Part shown: in pieces, positions 41,635 through 52,089 of the stretch
How the letters are laid out: every line of letters starts with the position of its first letter
Numbering within the stretch: the first letter of the stretch is position 1
From: an uncultured delta proteobacterium
Lineage (GTDB): Bacteria; Myxococcota_A; Polyangia; Polyangiales; CAVUEK01
Length of the DNA: 64,000 nucleotides
Assembly: GCA_963740495.1 (NCBI GenBank)
Contig: CAVUEK010000006.1
Coordinates: 604,474-668,473, forward strand
Direction: 5' to 3'
Translations under genes and position numbers: made by a program
Notes under the pieces: model-generated
Database searches by the model: none
Told to the model about the DNA's origin: nothing
The model's input: the letters and a program-made list of their open reading frames with translations, nothing else

Positions 41635-42315
41635 ATGACAGCAAGCGACAACATCTGGACACGGTTCGCCGTCTCCTATGACCGAGTGCTCGGCAACTGG
41701 AGCGAATATCAGCGTCTTAGCGAGGAGATGCGTCGTCACTTACCCAAGAACGGCAAGATCCTCGACGTCGGCTGTGGGACAGGACTGATCGCGATTCCTC
41801 TCACCAAAGACGGCTGCGAGGTCCACGGCATCGACAACAACGACGAGATGCTTGCGCGCGCGCGGCTGAATGCGGGGTCTGCCCTCGGGACGTCGATGCA
41901 CCTGGACAACGGAGATGCCGAGGAGCTTGCCTTCGCGGACTCCTCGTTCGACGGTGTGATCGCAAACAACGTCATATTCTACGTAGCCAGCCCGGCGCGC
42001 ATGATTTCCGAGGTACGCAGAGTCCTGAAGCCCTCGGGCGTCTTCGCTGTCTCGGGACCGACGCCGCACCTGGACATGAGAAAGCTCATCGACCAGATCA
42101 CCCGGGAATTTCGGGAGAGAAACATTTACGACGAGCTCAAAGACGACCTCGAGCACTTCGTCGCGTGCAGCGCGCAGTTGAAAGCGACGGGAATGCCGAA
42201 CGTCTACTGGGCCGCGCAGCTCGAGGCTCTGCTTCTGGAGGCCGGCTTCGACGAAGTGCTGACGTCGCGTGAGGATCTCTATCTCGGAGAGAGCTACCTC
42301 GTCGTCGTGCGTTAG
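41635..42315 (+). CDS. Class I SAM-dependent methyltransferase
   Basis: ILDVGCGTGLIA motif I, acidic loop GIDNNDEM, motif post-I DGVIANNV. Low GC. Confidence 0.75.
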   Translation: MTASDNIWTRFAVSYDRVLGNWSEYQRLSEEMRRHLPKNGKILDVGCGTGLIAIPLTKDGCEVHGIDNNDEMLARARLNAGSALGTSMHLDNGDAEELAFADSSFDGVIANNVIFYVASPARMISEVRRVLKPSGVFAVSGPTPHLDMRKLIDQITREFRERNIYDELKDDLEHFVACSAQLKATGMPNVYWAAQLEALLLEAGFDEVLTSREDLYLGESYLVVVR

Positions 42316-42317
42316 AC

Positions 42318-43973
42318 CTAGGTCGAGCCTTGCACGTGCTCGACGCTGGGTGACATCGACCGCAAATAGTCGTAGTGCTGAGGCATCGCGGAAGCGATCT
42401 CGGCGCTCCGGACCGCTAACTGGGCGAGGGCGCGCTCTCCCATCTCGAAGCCGAGGTGATCGAGCAGCGGGTATGGTCGGCGCGGCAAGCGGTCATACCC
42501 GTCCAAAATGCAGGTGTAGCTGAACGCCGGGAACACGCGCAGCCTCAGCTCGTCGAACACGGGCAATTCGACTCGAAGAGCTCCAGTTTCTCTTGGAGAG
42601 TCGGGGGTAGCTCCACGGAACGTGCTGCCGTCCAGAACTCCGAGTTCGTCCGCTGCGAGAGGACATAGTGCATCACGATGAAATCACGAATGTCTTCGTA
42701 CATCTCGCGCACCGTCTCGTTGTACTTTCGGATTCGTCCGGAGTCGAACGCGAGAGAAGGAAACAACGTCAGAAGAGTGGCCAGCCCGTATTCGATCAGA
42801 AAGATGCCGGTCGACTCGAGTGGCTCGAGGAACGAGGCCGACAAGCCAATGGCGACGCAGTTCTTGACCCACCGAATTTCCTCGTCCGCCCGATTCGCAT
42901 CGGGATGTGCCTCGCATCCGTGTCGGACGCGCGGGGTCCGAGGAACGCCCGCAGCTCTTGCTCCGCGCCTTCTCTTGAAAGCGCACCGCTGCTGTATACG
43001 TAGCCACAGCCGTTGCGGTGCATCAGGGAACGTCCCAGGCCCAGCCGGCGGTCAGAGCAGTGGACGTCGTGTACGGGGCGATCCCATCTCGGTCGGGGTC
43101 GTTCGTTGCTGGTAGCGCAACCGCGGCATCACACAACAGCACATTGCTGTCGCTCAGGAAGGGTTCTTGGAGCGTTCGCTGCAGCAGAGCACCGCGAAAC
43201 CCAGTGCAGTCGATGAAGAGGTCGCCTTCCACATTGGCGCCTCCTTTAGTGTGCAGCGCCTTGATGAAACCCCGCTCATCGAGCTCCACGGAAGTGACAT
43301 CGTCCACCACGTGACTGACACCGCGCTCGATCGCGAGCCCGCGGAGCAACCGCGCCAGGGCGACCGCATCGAAATGATATGCGGTGCTCTGATTCATGTC
43401 CGGATTGCTCGGATGAATGGGCGACTTTCGCGCCATGCAGAGTGCGACGTTCGGCGCGATCATCTCGGCCAGCGATTGCGACGCGCCTTCGAGCCGGCGA
43501 CGATGAGCATAGTGAAGAAGCGAAACGCGCGTACCGATCTGCTGGAAGTACGGACGCTCGAATGGAAGTACCGCAGGCTCGGGGCGTTGCGTGAACGGAT
43601 GCCAGAAGTGGTCGTCGGTCTTTCGGGCGGGATCGACCCAATCCACGAACTTGATCGCTGCCTTATATGTCGCACCCACCTTTGGCATCCACTCCGCGTC
43701 CGCGAGGCCGATGAAGCCGAGCGTCGTCCTGAGAGTCGGGATCGTCGCCTCCCCCACCCCCACTCCTGGAATGTCCTTAGACTCGACTAACGTGATCGCG
43801 ATCGACTCGCCCAGGGCCCTTTGCAGATAGGTCGCCGATAGCCAGCCCGCGGTTCCGCCGCCGACTATCACGATTCGCTCGATCCGACCGTCCATCACTC
43901 GCGGATAGCCGACAACATGTGCGTTCGCAAGGGCGCTGAGTACGCGTAGGGTTGCAGAGGCTTCGTACGGCAC
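42318..43973 (-). pseudogene. Flavin-dependent tryptophan-halogenase-family protein, at least 3 frame disruptions (about 43015, about 42850, about 42555)
   Basis: GGGTAGW and GEATIP in ORF 43023..43973. GYVYSSGALSREGAEQEL in ORF 42796..43023. SFLEPLESTGIF in ORF 42545..42844. C-terminus in ORF 42318..42566. Confidence 0.7.
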
Positions 43974-44029
43974 ATGCCTTTTCGACGTGTGCTTGGAGTA
44001 TCTTCATCGAGCGATATCGCGAGTCTAGG

Positions 44030-46819
44030 ATGGCCCCGCCCGCGACCGAAGACGTGCTTCAACCTCAGCTTCACAGCTACGCTGTGGGAAGCGTCTTGGA
44101 TGTCGCCGAGGAGGCCTTTGGTAAGTCCTGGGTCGATGGATGGCTCGATGAGTGGGGCGTGGACCTGCGGAGCTTGATCTCGTCGCAGGGATGGATCTCC
44201 TGGGAGTTCGGCGAGCGGGTGCTCGCGCGCCTGGCGGCGGAGAGCAGCCCCGAACAGATCACGCGTATCGGGAGTCTCATCATGTCGCCCAAGCACATGG
44301 GGGCGATCTACCCGTTCCTCAGGAGCTTCGGCACGCCGCTTTTCACGTATCGAAGAATCGTCGCTTCGACACCTCGCTTCAACAAGGTCCAGACGTGGGA
44401 GCTCGAGGAGCGCGGCCGAACGACACTGAGAATCGCGGCGCGCAGGCTGCTCGACATCGAGCGAACCGACACCGCCCACATGTGCGAAGTCGCTCGCGCG
44501 CAGATGGCCGCGGTCCCCGTGCTCTTCGATTTGCCGCCGGCGAAGGTCGTGCACACGAGCTGCTACCACCGTGGGGACGAGCAGTGCATCTACGACATCG
44601 AGTGGCAGGAGCCGTCGTCGCGGCTGTCGCTCTGGCTGCTGTTGTTCGGTGGCGCCGCGGCGGGCGTCGGGCTCGGGTGGGCGCTCGGGGCGGCGCTTCC
44701 GCTGCTCGTCACGCTGAGCGTTTGCAGCGGGCTCGCGACGTGGGCGACCGTGCTCGCGTATCGACAGCGGCTCGACATCGCGGACCGAGTGGCGGACATC
44801 CAGGACCATCACGACGCGCTGTCGCGCAGCGTGCGCGACAACGAGAAACGCTTCGAGGAGCTGATCGCGGCGAAGCGCGAGGTGGACCAGAAGGTGGAGG
44901 AGCGCACGCTCGAGCTCGCGCAGACGCTCGACGAGGTTCGCGCGCTCGACGAAGCGAAGACAGAATTCTTCTCGAACGTGTCGCACGAGCTGCGGACGCC
45001 ACTGACTCTCTTGATCGCGCCGCTCGAGGACATCACCTCCGGTCGCGAGCCACCGGGAGGGCGCGACGCGGCGTTGGCGTCGATGAAGCGCAACGCGGCG
45101 CGTCTGCTCACGATGATCAACCAGCTGCTCGAGCTGGCGAAGATCGACGCGGGCAGCGCGACCCTCGACAGGCGGGCCGTGGTACCGGGCACCGTCGCGC
45201 GACGCGTCGCGGACGCGTTCCACTCGTCCGCGGCCCGCCGGGGGATCGAGCTCTCGGTCGTCGCTCCCGAGCACGGCAACCCGGTCGCTCTCGACCCGGA
45301 CCGGGTCGACTCGGCGCTCACGAATCTCGTGGCGAACGCGCTTCGCTTCACGCCGAGCGGCGGCCACGTCGTGATTCGCGTGACGGACCAAGGCGGCGAG
45401 GTCGTGTTCGCCGTCGAGGACGACGGCAGCGGGGTGCCGGCGGAGGATCTGCCGCGTCTGTTCGAGCGCTTCTCGCAGTCGGGCTCGAGCACGGAGCGGC
45501 GCGGGGGCACCGGTCTCGGCCTCGCCCTCGTGCGCGAGACCGCGCGGCTCCACGGCGGAGAGGTCACGGCACAGAGCGACCCTGGCAAGCGAACCGTGTT
45601 CGAGCTCCGAATGCCGCGGGTCGTCGCAACCGGCGCGATTGCGCCTGACGAGCCTACCGACCACGCCCCGGACGTCGGCGAGCAGTTGCCCACCAGCCGC
45701 GACCCGAGCGAGTTGACGCGCAGCGGTCCGAGGCCATCGGCGCCCATCGCGCTCGTCGTCGAGGACAACGCGGATCTGCGCGCTCTGCTCGCGGACGTAT
45801 TGGCCGCACGGTTTCGCGTCACGGGTGTCGCCGATGCAGAGAGCGCGCTCGCGAAGGCGAAGCTGCTCCAGCCGGACGTGATCGTGTCCGACATCGCGAT
45901 GGAGCGAATGACGGGAATCGAGCTCACGCGTGCCTTGCGCAAGCTCGACGCGACGAGGACGACGCCGATCATTCTCGTGACCGCCCGCGGAGACACCCAG
46001 ACCGTGCTCGAAGGGTTCGACGCGGGTGCAGACGACTATCTGACGAAGCCGTTCCACGGCCGCGAGCTCCTCGCCCGCGTGGACGTCCAACTGCGCGTGC
46101 GGCAGATGCTGCAGCACCTCGCGCACCAGGAACGCCTCGCCGCGCTCGGCATGGTCGCGGCCTCGGTCGCGCACAACGTGAGAAACGCGCTGATCCCCCT
46201 GACCAGCGGTCTGCCGGCTGTGCGCGCTCGGATCACCGCCAAGCTCGACGCACCGACGGAGGAGATGTTCGACGTGATGCAGGAGAGCGCGGCCCGTATC
46301 GAGAGGCTCTCGACAGACTTGCTCGACCTGTCGCGCATCGACCGCGTGTCGTTCGGGCGCTTCGAGCCAGGCCGCGGTCTCACGGCGTCCGTCCGGCTCG
46401 TGGCCGCGAAGCTACCGGCCAGTGTCCGCGTGTCGACCGACGTCGACGAGACCTCGGTGATCTGGGGCCGCGCCGGCGACATGAACCACGTGTTCCTCAA
46501 CCTGATCGACAACGCCGCGCGAGCGGTAGGCGCAAAAGGGGAGATCCGTGTGCTCGGCCGCCGCCTCGACGGGGAGTACGTCGTCGACGTGTCGGACTCG
46601 GGCGAGGGCGTCGACCCCGCGCTGGTCGAGCGGATCTTCGATCCGTTCGTGACGACGCGCGCCATCGGCGAGGGAACCGGCCTGGGCCTCGCGATCGCGC
46701 GCGACGTCGTCGAGCAGCACAAGGGCACGATCGCGATCAGCCGGTCCGAGCTCGGCGGCGCGCAGTTCACGATCCGGCTGCCGGTCAGCACAGCGGCGGG
46801 AGACGAAGCGCGCAGCTGA
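44030..46819 (+). CDS. Large hybrid sensor histidine kinase (sensor-HisKA-HATPase-REC-HisKA-HATPase)
   Basis: H-boxes SHELRTPL and VAHNVRNAL. Two G-box sets. Central REC (IALVVEDNADLR...DIAMERMTG..KPF). Confidence 0.8.
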   Translation: MAPPATEDVLQPQLHSYAVGSVLDVAEEAFGKSWVDGWLDEWGVDLRSLISSQGWISWEFGERVLARLAAESSPEQITRIGSLIMSPKHMGAIYPFLRSFGTPLFTYRRIVASTPRFNKVQTWELEERGRTTLRIAARRLLDIERTDTAHMCEVARAQMAAVPVLFDLPPAKVVHTSCYHRGDEQCIYDIEWQEPSSRLSLWLLLFGGAAAGVGLGWALGAALPLLVTLSVCSGLATWATVLAYRQRLDIADRVADIQDHHDALSRSVRDNEKRFEELIAAKREVDQKVEERTLELAQTLDEVRALDEAKTEFFSNVSHELRTPLTLLIAPLEDITSGREPPGGRDAALASMKRNAARLLTMINQLLELAKIDAGSATLDRRAVVPGTVARRVADAFHSSAARRGIELSVVAPEHGNPVALDPDRVDSALTNLVANALRFTPSGGHVVIRVTDQGGEVVFAVEDDGSGVPAEDLPRLFERFSQSGSSTERRGGTGLGLALVRETARLHGGEVTAQSDPGKRTVFELRMPRVVATGAIAPDEPTDHAPDVGEQLPTSRDPSELTRSGPRPSAPIALVVEDNADLRALLADVLAARFRVTGVADAESALAKAKLLQPDVIVSDIAMERMTGIELTRALRKLDATRTTPIILVTARGDTQTVLEGFDAGADDYLTKPFHGRELLARVDVQLRVRQMLQHLAHQERLAALGMVAASVAHNVRNALIPLTSGLPAVRARITAKLDAPTEEMFDVMQESAARIERLSTDLLDLSRIDRVSFGRFEPGRGLTASVRLVAAKLPASVRVSTDVDETSVIWGRAGDMNHVFLNLIDNAARAVGAKGEIRVLGRRLDGEYVVDVSDSGEGVDPALVERIFDPFVTTRAIGEGTGLGLAIARDVVEQHKGTIAISRSELGGAQFTIRLPVSTAAGDEARS

Positions 46820-46991
46820 GCCGTGCCTGCGCACATGCCCACGTGCGCGCACATCACACCATGCATCGCGCGGGCGAACACGAGACGATCGTGCGCTTCG
46901 CACCAATGTGAAGTTCCTGCGCTGCAGCACTTGCAGGTCACCGAGATGAATTCCGGCGACGCGTGTGTTCGCGCTATTCTAGTCGAGTCGC

Positions 46992-48146
46992 ATGATCGAC
47001 TATCGCGCTTACCCCGTTCTGTACGTCGACGATGAGCGCGCCAATCTCGTAGCCGTACGCTACGCGCTCGACGGAATGTTCGAGCTGCTCACGGCTTCGA
47101 ACGGAGAGGAAGCGCTGCGGCTCCTCGCCGAGAACTCCGCGATCGCCGTGCTCCTCTGCGACCAGCGCATGCCGGGGATGGACGGCGTCTCCGTGTGCGA
47201 GGCAGCCCGCCGCGTTCGGCCGGACGCGATTCGGATCATGATCTCGGCTTACGCAGATCTTCACGCCGCGATCGATGCCATCAACCGCGGTCAGGTGTCG
47301 CGCTACGTTCGCAAGCCGTTTCAGAACGAGGACCTCGTCGAGATCCTGCGCACCGCGATCGAGCTCGTGCACATCCAGCGAACGCTCCAAGACATGGAGG
47401 TTCGCCTGCTGCGTGTCGGCCAGAATCCGAGCGGCGCAGCTGTCGAAGCCGATGTGACCGACGAGCTCGCGCGTCTCGTCGGAGAGCTCCGGCTGAAGGC
47501 GGAGCGTTCGTCCGCTCTCGCGGGCGCCGCCGCGCTGAGCCTCGACGAGAGCCCCCCGCGCCCTCGGGAGATCCTCGACGAGATCGCCGAAGTGGCCAAC
47601 GACACGAGCTCGTTGGCTCGTCAGCTCGAGGACTTGGTCGAGCGCCTACGCCAAGCAGAGGCGGAAAGCTCACCCGATGCGTACTGCTTCGTCGACCGCG
47701 TCGTCGAGTCGACGACCGGCATCCTCCGGCCGGAGGTCCAGCGCGTGGCCCGCCTCCGCGTGATCTCCGAGAGCTCACCCCGCGTTCGGATGGACCCGTC
47801 GGTGCTCGGCCAGGTCCTCACGAACCTCTTGCTCAACGCGGCGCAGGCGCTTCACGGACGCTCTCGCGACGACGCCAGCATCACCGTTCACGTCGCCGAG
47901 CAGAACGGCCGTGCCCTTCTCACCGTGAGCGACGATGGGCCGAGCGTCCCACCCGAGCTCGCCGCTCTCGTGCTCGACTCGTCCGTCTCTGGAACGGACG
48001 GCGGAAGCGGCCTCGGCCTGACGGTCGTCCGGGAGATGGTGGCCCGTGCCGGCGGGACGGTGAACGTCGCGTCGAGCGCCGGCGGGACGACGTTCACGGT
48101 GGACCTGCCGCTCCGGCAATCGACGAGCCCCCCGCCGCCCCGGTGA
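46992..48146 (+). CDS. Hybrid REC / histidine-kinase-like ATPase protein, paralog of 36391..37551
   Basis: N-terminus MIDYRAYPVLYVDDE... about 65% identical over 140 aa to the 36391..37551 protein. HATPase motifs LLLNAAQA, DDGPSVP, GGSGLGL. Confidence 0.8.
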   Translation: MIDYRAYPVLYVDDERANLVAVRYALDGMFELLTASNGEEALRLLAENSAIAVLLCDQRMPGMDGVSVCEAARRVRPDAIRIMISAYADLHAAIDAINRGQVSRYVRKPFQNEDLVEILRTAIELVHIQRTLQDMEVRLLRVGQNPSGAAVEADVTDELARLVGELRLKAERSSALAGAAALSLDESPPRPREILDEIAEVANDTSSLARQLEDLVERLRQAEAESSPDAYCFVDRVVESTTGILRPEVQRVARLRVISESSPRVRMDPSVLGQVLTNLLLNAAQALHGRSRDDASITVHVAEQNGRALLTVSDDGPSVPPELAALVLDSSVSGTDGGSGLGLTVVREMVARAGGTVNVASSAGGTTFTVDLPLRQSTSPPPPR

Positions 48147-48164
48147 TCGATCGGGCGCCGAGGC

Positions 48165-49643
48165 TCACGGGCACGCGAACGCACCGGCCGTCCCACCGCG
48201 CTCGTCTGCGACGCGGGCAGGCGAGCCCGAGAGTGGCCACGCGCCCTCGGGTTGGAGCGACGCCAGCTCGGGGTCCGCCTCGAGCGAGCTCGCGTCGGAG
48301 CCCGTCGTCTGCCAGGCCGTGAAGCTGCTCAGGTTGCCGAACCGCGCCGCGCCGCCCGGCGAGTGATACACGTCGAAGTCGAAGTCGACGTCGTAGGGCT
48401 CTGCGCCGTCGGTGAGCTCGAGGATCTCGGCGCTCGTCGACCAGACGATGCTGTTCCGCATGGTCAGACGCCCGGACGTCGCATCGCCCCGTACGAGCAG
48501 CGCTGCGTCGATGCCGCGGTGAAGGATCGTGACGTGATCCAGCACCTCGTCCGACTCGGCCTCGATGTCGAGTGGCGCCGGCCCGTCGAGCACGACGTGT
48601 GAGACCACGTTACCCCCGCCGAGGCTCGAAGAGAGCGGCGCTCCGATGCGCGTCGTGAGCACCGAGTCGGTGAGCTCGTTGCCCTTTGCGTCGTAGATGA
48701 CGACAGCCGCGCCGTCCGGGTGGTCGGTTCGCACCGTCAGTCTCTCGAAGCGATTGCGTGTGGAGCTTCCCGTCAACACGATGCCCGTCGCCTCGGCGGT
48801 CGATCGGATCGAGACGTTCCGAAACACGTTGTCGGTCACGCATCGAACGTAGAGCGCCTCGTCGTGGTCGCTCGGGTCGGCTGCGTCGGAGACGATCTCG
48901 TTGTCGGTGAACGTGTGTCCCGTCGAGACGGGACACGCAATCCCGTAGGGCGGATCACCGCTGTACACGTCGACGAGCGGCGCGGCGCTCCCGCGGATCT
49001 CGTTGTGCTCGACCAACGCGCGCTCGGCGACGTTGCCGTTCCAGAAGCCCCAGAGCACCAGACCCCCGAGGCGGTTGTAGCGAACCACCACGTCGTCGGG
49101 GCCATACACCCCGAGCCAACCGAGCTCCGAGTCCTCCACCAGTGCGCCGCTCGCGTCGCCGCCGACCTGCGCGATCTCGACCCCTTGTGCCGAGCGCACG
49201 TGCCGCACCACGAGCCCCGCGTGATCGGTCACGACGATCGCGTGCCCGCCCGCGGTGATGAGGTGACCGGCGCCTTCAATCACGACCCCCGCGGCCCGAA
49301 CCACGAGGCAGTCGTCACCGGGAGCCGAGACGAGGTCACCGACGAGACGTCCGCTCTCCCAAACGTCTCCGCAAGCCTCAATCGTCGGAAGCGACTCGTC
49401 GGTCGCGAACGCGCGCGGACCGACTTCACCGACAGTGGCGCCGACGACACCGCACCCAGCACCACCGTCGACGCCACCGTCCGGGCTGCTCGATGGGCCC
49501 CCGTCCTCGAGCTCGAGGATCGTCCCGTCCGCGGCGCCGCCATCGGCGAGGGTCACGGGCGACCGCTCGTAGCCGAGCCGTCCGCACGCGGACGAGGCGA
49601 GCAAGAGGGCGTAGACGAAGTACGAACGGGTGTTGCCTGGCAT
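48165..49643 (-). CDS. Secreted right-handed beta-helix (pectin-lyase-fold) lipoprotein, hypothetical
   Basis: Lipobox LLLASSACG. Repetitive V.N/D..I..S motif pattern. Confidence 0.55.
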   Translation of the reverse strand: MPGNTRSYFVYALLLASSACGRLGYERSPVTLADGGAADGTILELEDGGPSSSPDGGVDGGAGCGVVGATVGEVGPRAFATDESLPTIEACGDVWESGRLVGDLVSAPGDDCLVVRAAGVVIEGAGHLITAGGHAIVVTDHAGLVVRHVRSAQGVEIAQVGGDASGALVEDSELGWLGVYGPDDVVVRYNRLGGLVLWGFWNGNVAERALVEHNEIRGSAAPLVDVYSGDPPYGIACPVSTGHTFTDNEIVSDAADPSDHDEALYVRCVTDNVFRNVSIRSTAEATGIVLTGSSTRNRFERLTVRTDHPDGAAVVIYDAKGNELTDSVLTTRIGAPLSSSLGGGNVVSHVVLDGPAPLDIEAESDEVLDHVTILHRGIDAALLVRGDATSGRLTMRNSIVWSTSAEILELTDGAEPYDVDFDFDVYHSPGGAARFGNLSSFTAWQTTGSDASSLEADPELASLQPEGAWPLSGSPARVADERGGTAGAFACP

Positions 49644-49799
49644 CGCCGCCTCCACGCACATCGCCAGAGCGAAACGGGGGCCATGGCAAATAAAGCCTGT
49701 GATTCCAGCGAGGCGGCCCCCAATCCAGCGGGCAACAACTGCGCGATGCGCAACGCTTGCTCGGGCGCCGCGACAATCAACGCGGTTCGATCGACCCCC

Positions 49800-50893
49800 T
49801 CAAGATCGGCTGCGCGCGGTCCGATCGATCGCGTGGAGGATCCCGAGGAGCGCACGGAGCTCTCCGGCGAGAAGACGCAGCTTGCCCAGCCACGCGCGCA
49901 GCCCCGTCGTTCCGGTGTGCGCATAGAGACCGGTGACGCGGACCTCGGCGTCGACGTGGGCTGGGAGCGCGGCCCGGAGCCGCTCGGCCTGCGTGTACGG
50001 GATGACGTCGTCGTCCCGGCCGTGGACGACGTGGACGGGACACCGCAGCCCGTCGAGGTGAGGCCGCGGATCGAGCGTCGCGAGAAACTCGTGCGACCCG
50101 TCGAGCGCTTCGAGCGCGATCGCGTCGGCATCGTCGCCGATGCCGCAGCCCACGAGGAAGCTCTCCCGCTCGTCGTCGGGGAGCGCACGGGCGAGCTCGC
50201 GCGCGATCGGCTCGAAGCGCGAGCGCTCTTTCAGCTCCGGGTGGCCCCACGTGCGACGGACGTACGCGTCCCACTGTGCGAGGACGCGGGTGGGATCGGG
50301 TGGCAGGCCGCGCACGCGATCGAGCAGGTTGATGAAGACCACGGGGCGATTCAACGGATCGTGCGCGAAGCCCGGCTCGCCCACGATGCAGAAACGGATC
50401 GTCTCCACGATGTCCGCATAGCCGCCGAACACGACGAGACCCGCGACGCGCTCGCGGTGGCTCTCGGACGCGGCCACGCGCAGCGCAGGGAACGACCCGA
50501 ACGAGATGCTGAAATCCCGAGCTTGCCCGCGGGCCGCCCCGCGCGCGATTCGAGGAAGTCGAACGCGCGCGCGGTGTCGCGCACGAGCGTCGTCGCGACG
50601 CGGAGCTTCGCGAAATCGGGCAAGAAGGGCGCGCACACGAGCACGCCCGACGCGGCGAGGATCGCGGCGAAGCGGTCCATGCGCGGGTCGTCCGCGCCCG
50701 CGTAGTGGAGGCCCTGGACGAGCAGGAGCGCTCCGGTCGGGGCCCGCCCCCGGGGGCTGTACATGCGCGCTCGCATCGGCCGGTCGTCCACCCGCTCGAC
50801 CGGAACCTCGACGTCCTCGCGGTCGACGCCGTCGGGCACCTTGCCCGACGAGGTCCACGGACCCAGCCAGAGCGCGAGCCGCGTCAGGGACAT
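49800..50893 (-). pseudogene. Alpha/beta hydrolase (dienelactone-hydrolase-like), 1-nt deletion in a G run at about 50517
   Basis: N-terminal part in ORF 50351..50959 (GALLLVQGLHYAGADDPR). C-terminal part in ORF 49800..50858 (VVFGGYAD...HVVHGRDDDVIPY). Confidence 0.55.
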
Positions 50894-51141
50894 GGCGTCG
50901 TAACGTATCCCAGGTACCGCGCGGGGCGGGAAGAGTGTTTCTTCCGGCAAGACCGTCAACGGCCTAACATCATTGAGAAAATCCAGCTGCGGGGACGGGG
51001 GCCGGTTTACAGTCGATTACAAGTCCCGACGAACGGCAACGAAAGATGACGATGAAGTGCTACCTCCCCACGGAGCGCAGGCGCAGCCTTGATGCGAACA
51101 CGGGGCCGGAGCGCCCCGCTCCGGAAACAACGAGGTTCCAC

Positions 51142-51384
51142 ATGAAGACCCTTTCCACCCTGTTCCTCAGCATCATCACGGCGCTGGTTCTCACGGCATG
51201 CGGCGGCTCGAGCGCCGAGCCCGAGGGCACCGAGTCTCAGAGCTCCGGCTCCGAGATGACCGAGCCGGCCGGCGACACCGGCATGGACGCCACCGACGAC
51301 TCGATGGGCACCGACGACTCGATGGGCACCGACGACGCCACTGGCGACGACACCGGCGCCGAGGGCGGCGAAGGCGACATCTGA
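51142..51384 (+). CDS. Small acidic Asp/Thr/Gly-rich lipoprotein
   Basis: MKTLSTLFLSIITALVLTACGGSS lipobox. 80 aa. Followed by an intrinsic terminator. Confidence 0.45.
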   Translation: MKTLSTLFLSIITALVLTACGGSSAEPEGTESQSSGSEMTEPAGDTGMDATDDSMGTDDSMGTDDATGDDTGAEGGEGDI

Positions 51385-51408
51385 GCCTTTCCGCTTGATG
51401 CACGAGAC

Positions 51409-51444
51409 GGCACCGGGGCTCGCTCCGGTGCCGTTTTCGTTTCG
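51409..51444 (+). terminator. Rho-independent terminator
   Basis: GGCACCGG-ggctcgct-CCGGTGCC hairpin followed by GTTTTCGTTTCG. Confidence 0.55.
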
Positions 51445-51458
51445 GGCGCGCGCCGCGT

Positions 51459-52087
51459 CTACATGCTCTCGAGGATCCGCTTCACGACGTCGTAGTCGTG
51501 GGCGCGCACCGCGCCGGTCCGCGCGCAGCGGACCTTGCCGTGCGCGTCGACGAGCAGATGGATGGGCAGCGTCGCGCCTGCGTCCAGACCGACCGTAGGC
51601 GCCCACTCGCCGAATCGTCGATGCGATCGGCGACGCGGAGCGACTCGGGCACGGTCGGGTGCTCGCGGCGAAACCCGGCGACGTCGTCGTCGGTCTCGTC
51701 CGCGGACACGAACAGCAGCTCGACGTCGATGCCATCGCCGCGAAGGCGGTCCTTCCACTCGACGAGCATCGGCATCTCCTCCACGCAAGGCCGGCACCAC
51801 GTCGCCCACACGTTGACCCAGCGCCTCACGTGGCTCGGCTCGAGCGAGCCCGCCGCGAGCGCGGGCAAGCCCAGCGGAGGGCCGCCGCGGCAGCCGGGGC
51901 GGCCTCGCAGAACTCGTCCGCAGGATCGGCCTCCGGCCGAGCGGCCACAGCGATGACGCGGCTCGGCGGCGCGCCGGTGCTCGGGGTGTCGTCGCAGCCT
52001 GGGACGAGCCGCTACGCCGAGCCCGAGGGTGAGCGCCACGGCGCGAGCGAGCGGCGCGCGCGACCTCAGAGCCGGCAATCGATCCAT
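51459..52087 (-). pseudogene. TlpA/ResA-like thioredoxin-fold thiol:disulfide oxidoreductase (WCRPC), at least 1 frame disruption near 51600
   Basis: VNVWATWCRPCVEEMP in ORF 51482..52087. C-terminal GEWAPTVGLDAGATLPIHLLVDAHGKV in the ORF ending 51459. Confidence 0.5.
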
Positions 52088-52089
52088 GC

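Noticed and set aside
43895-46174. 759-aa minus-strand ORF
   Set aside because: Antisense to the hybrid histidine kinase, which has unmistakable H/N/G boxes. Arg-rich junk translation.
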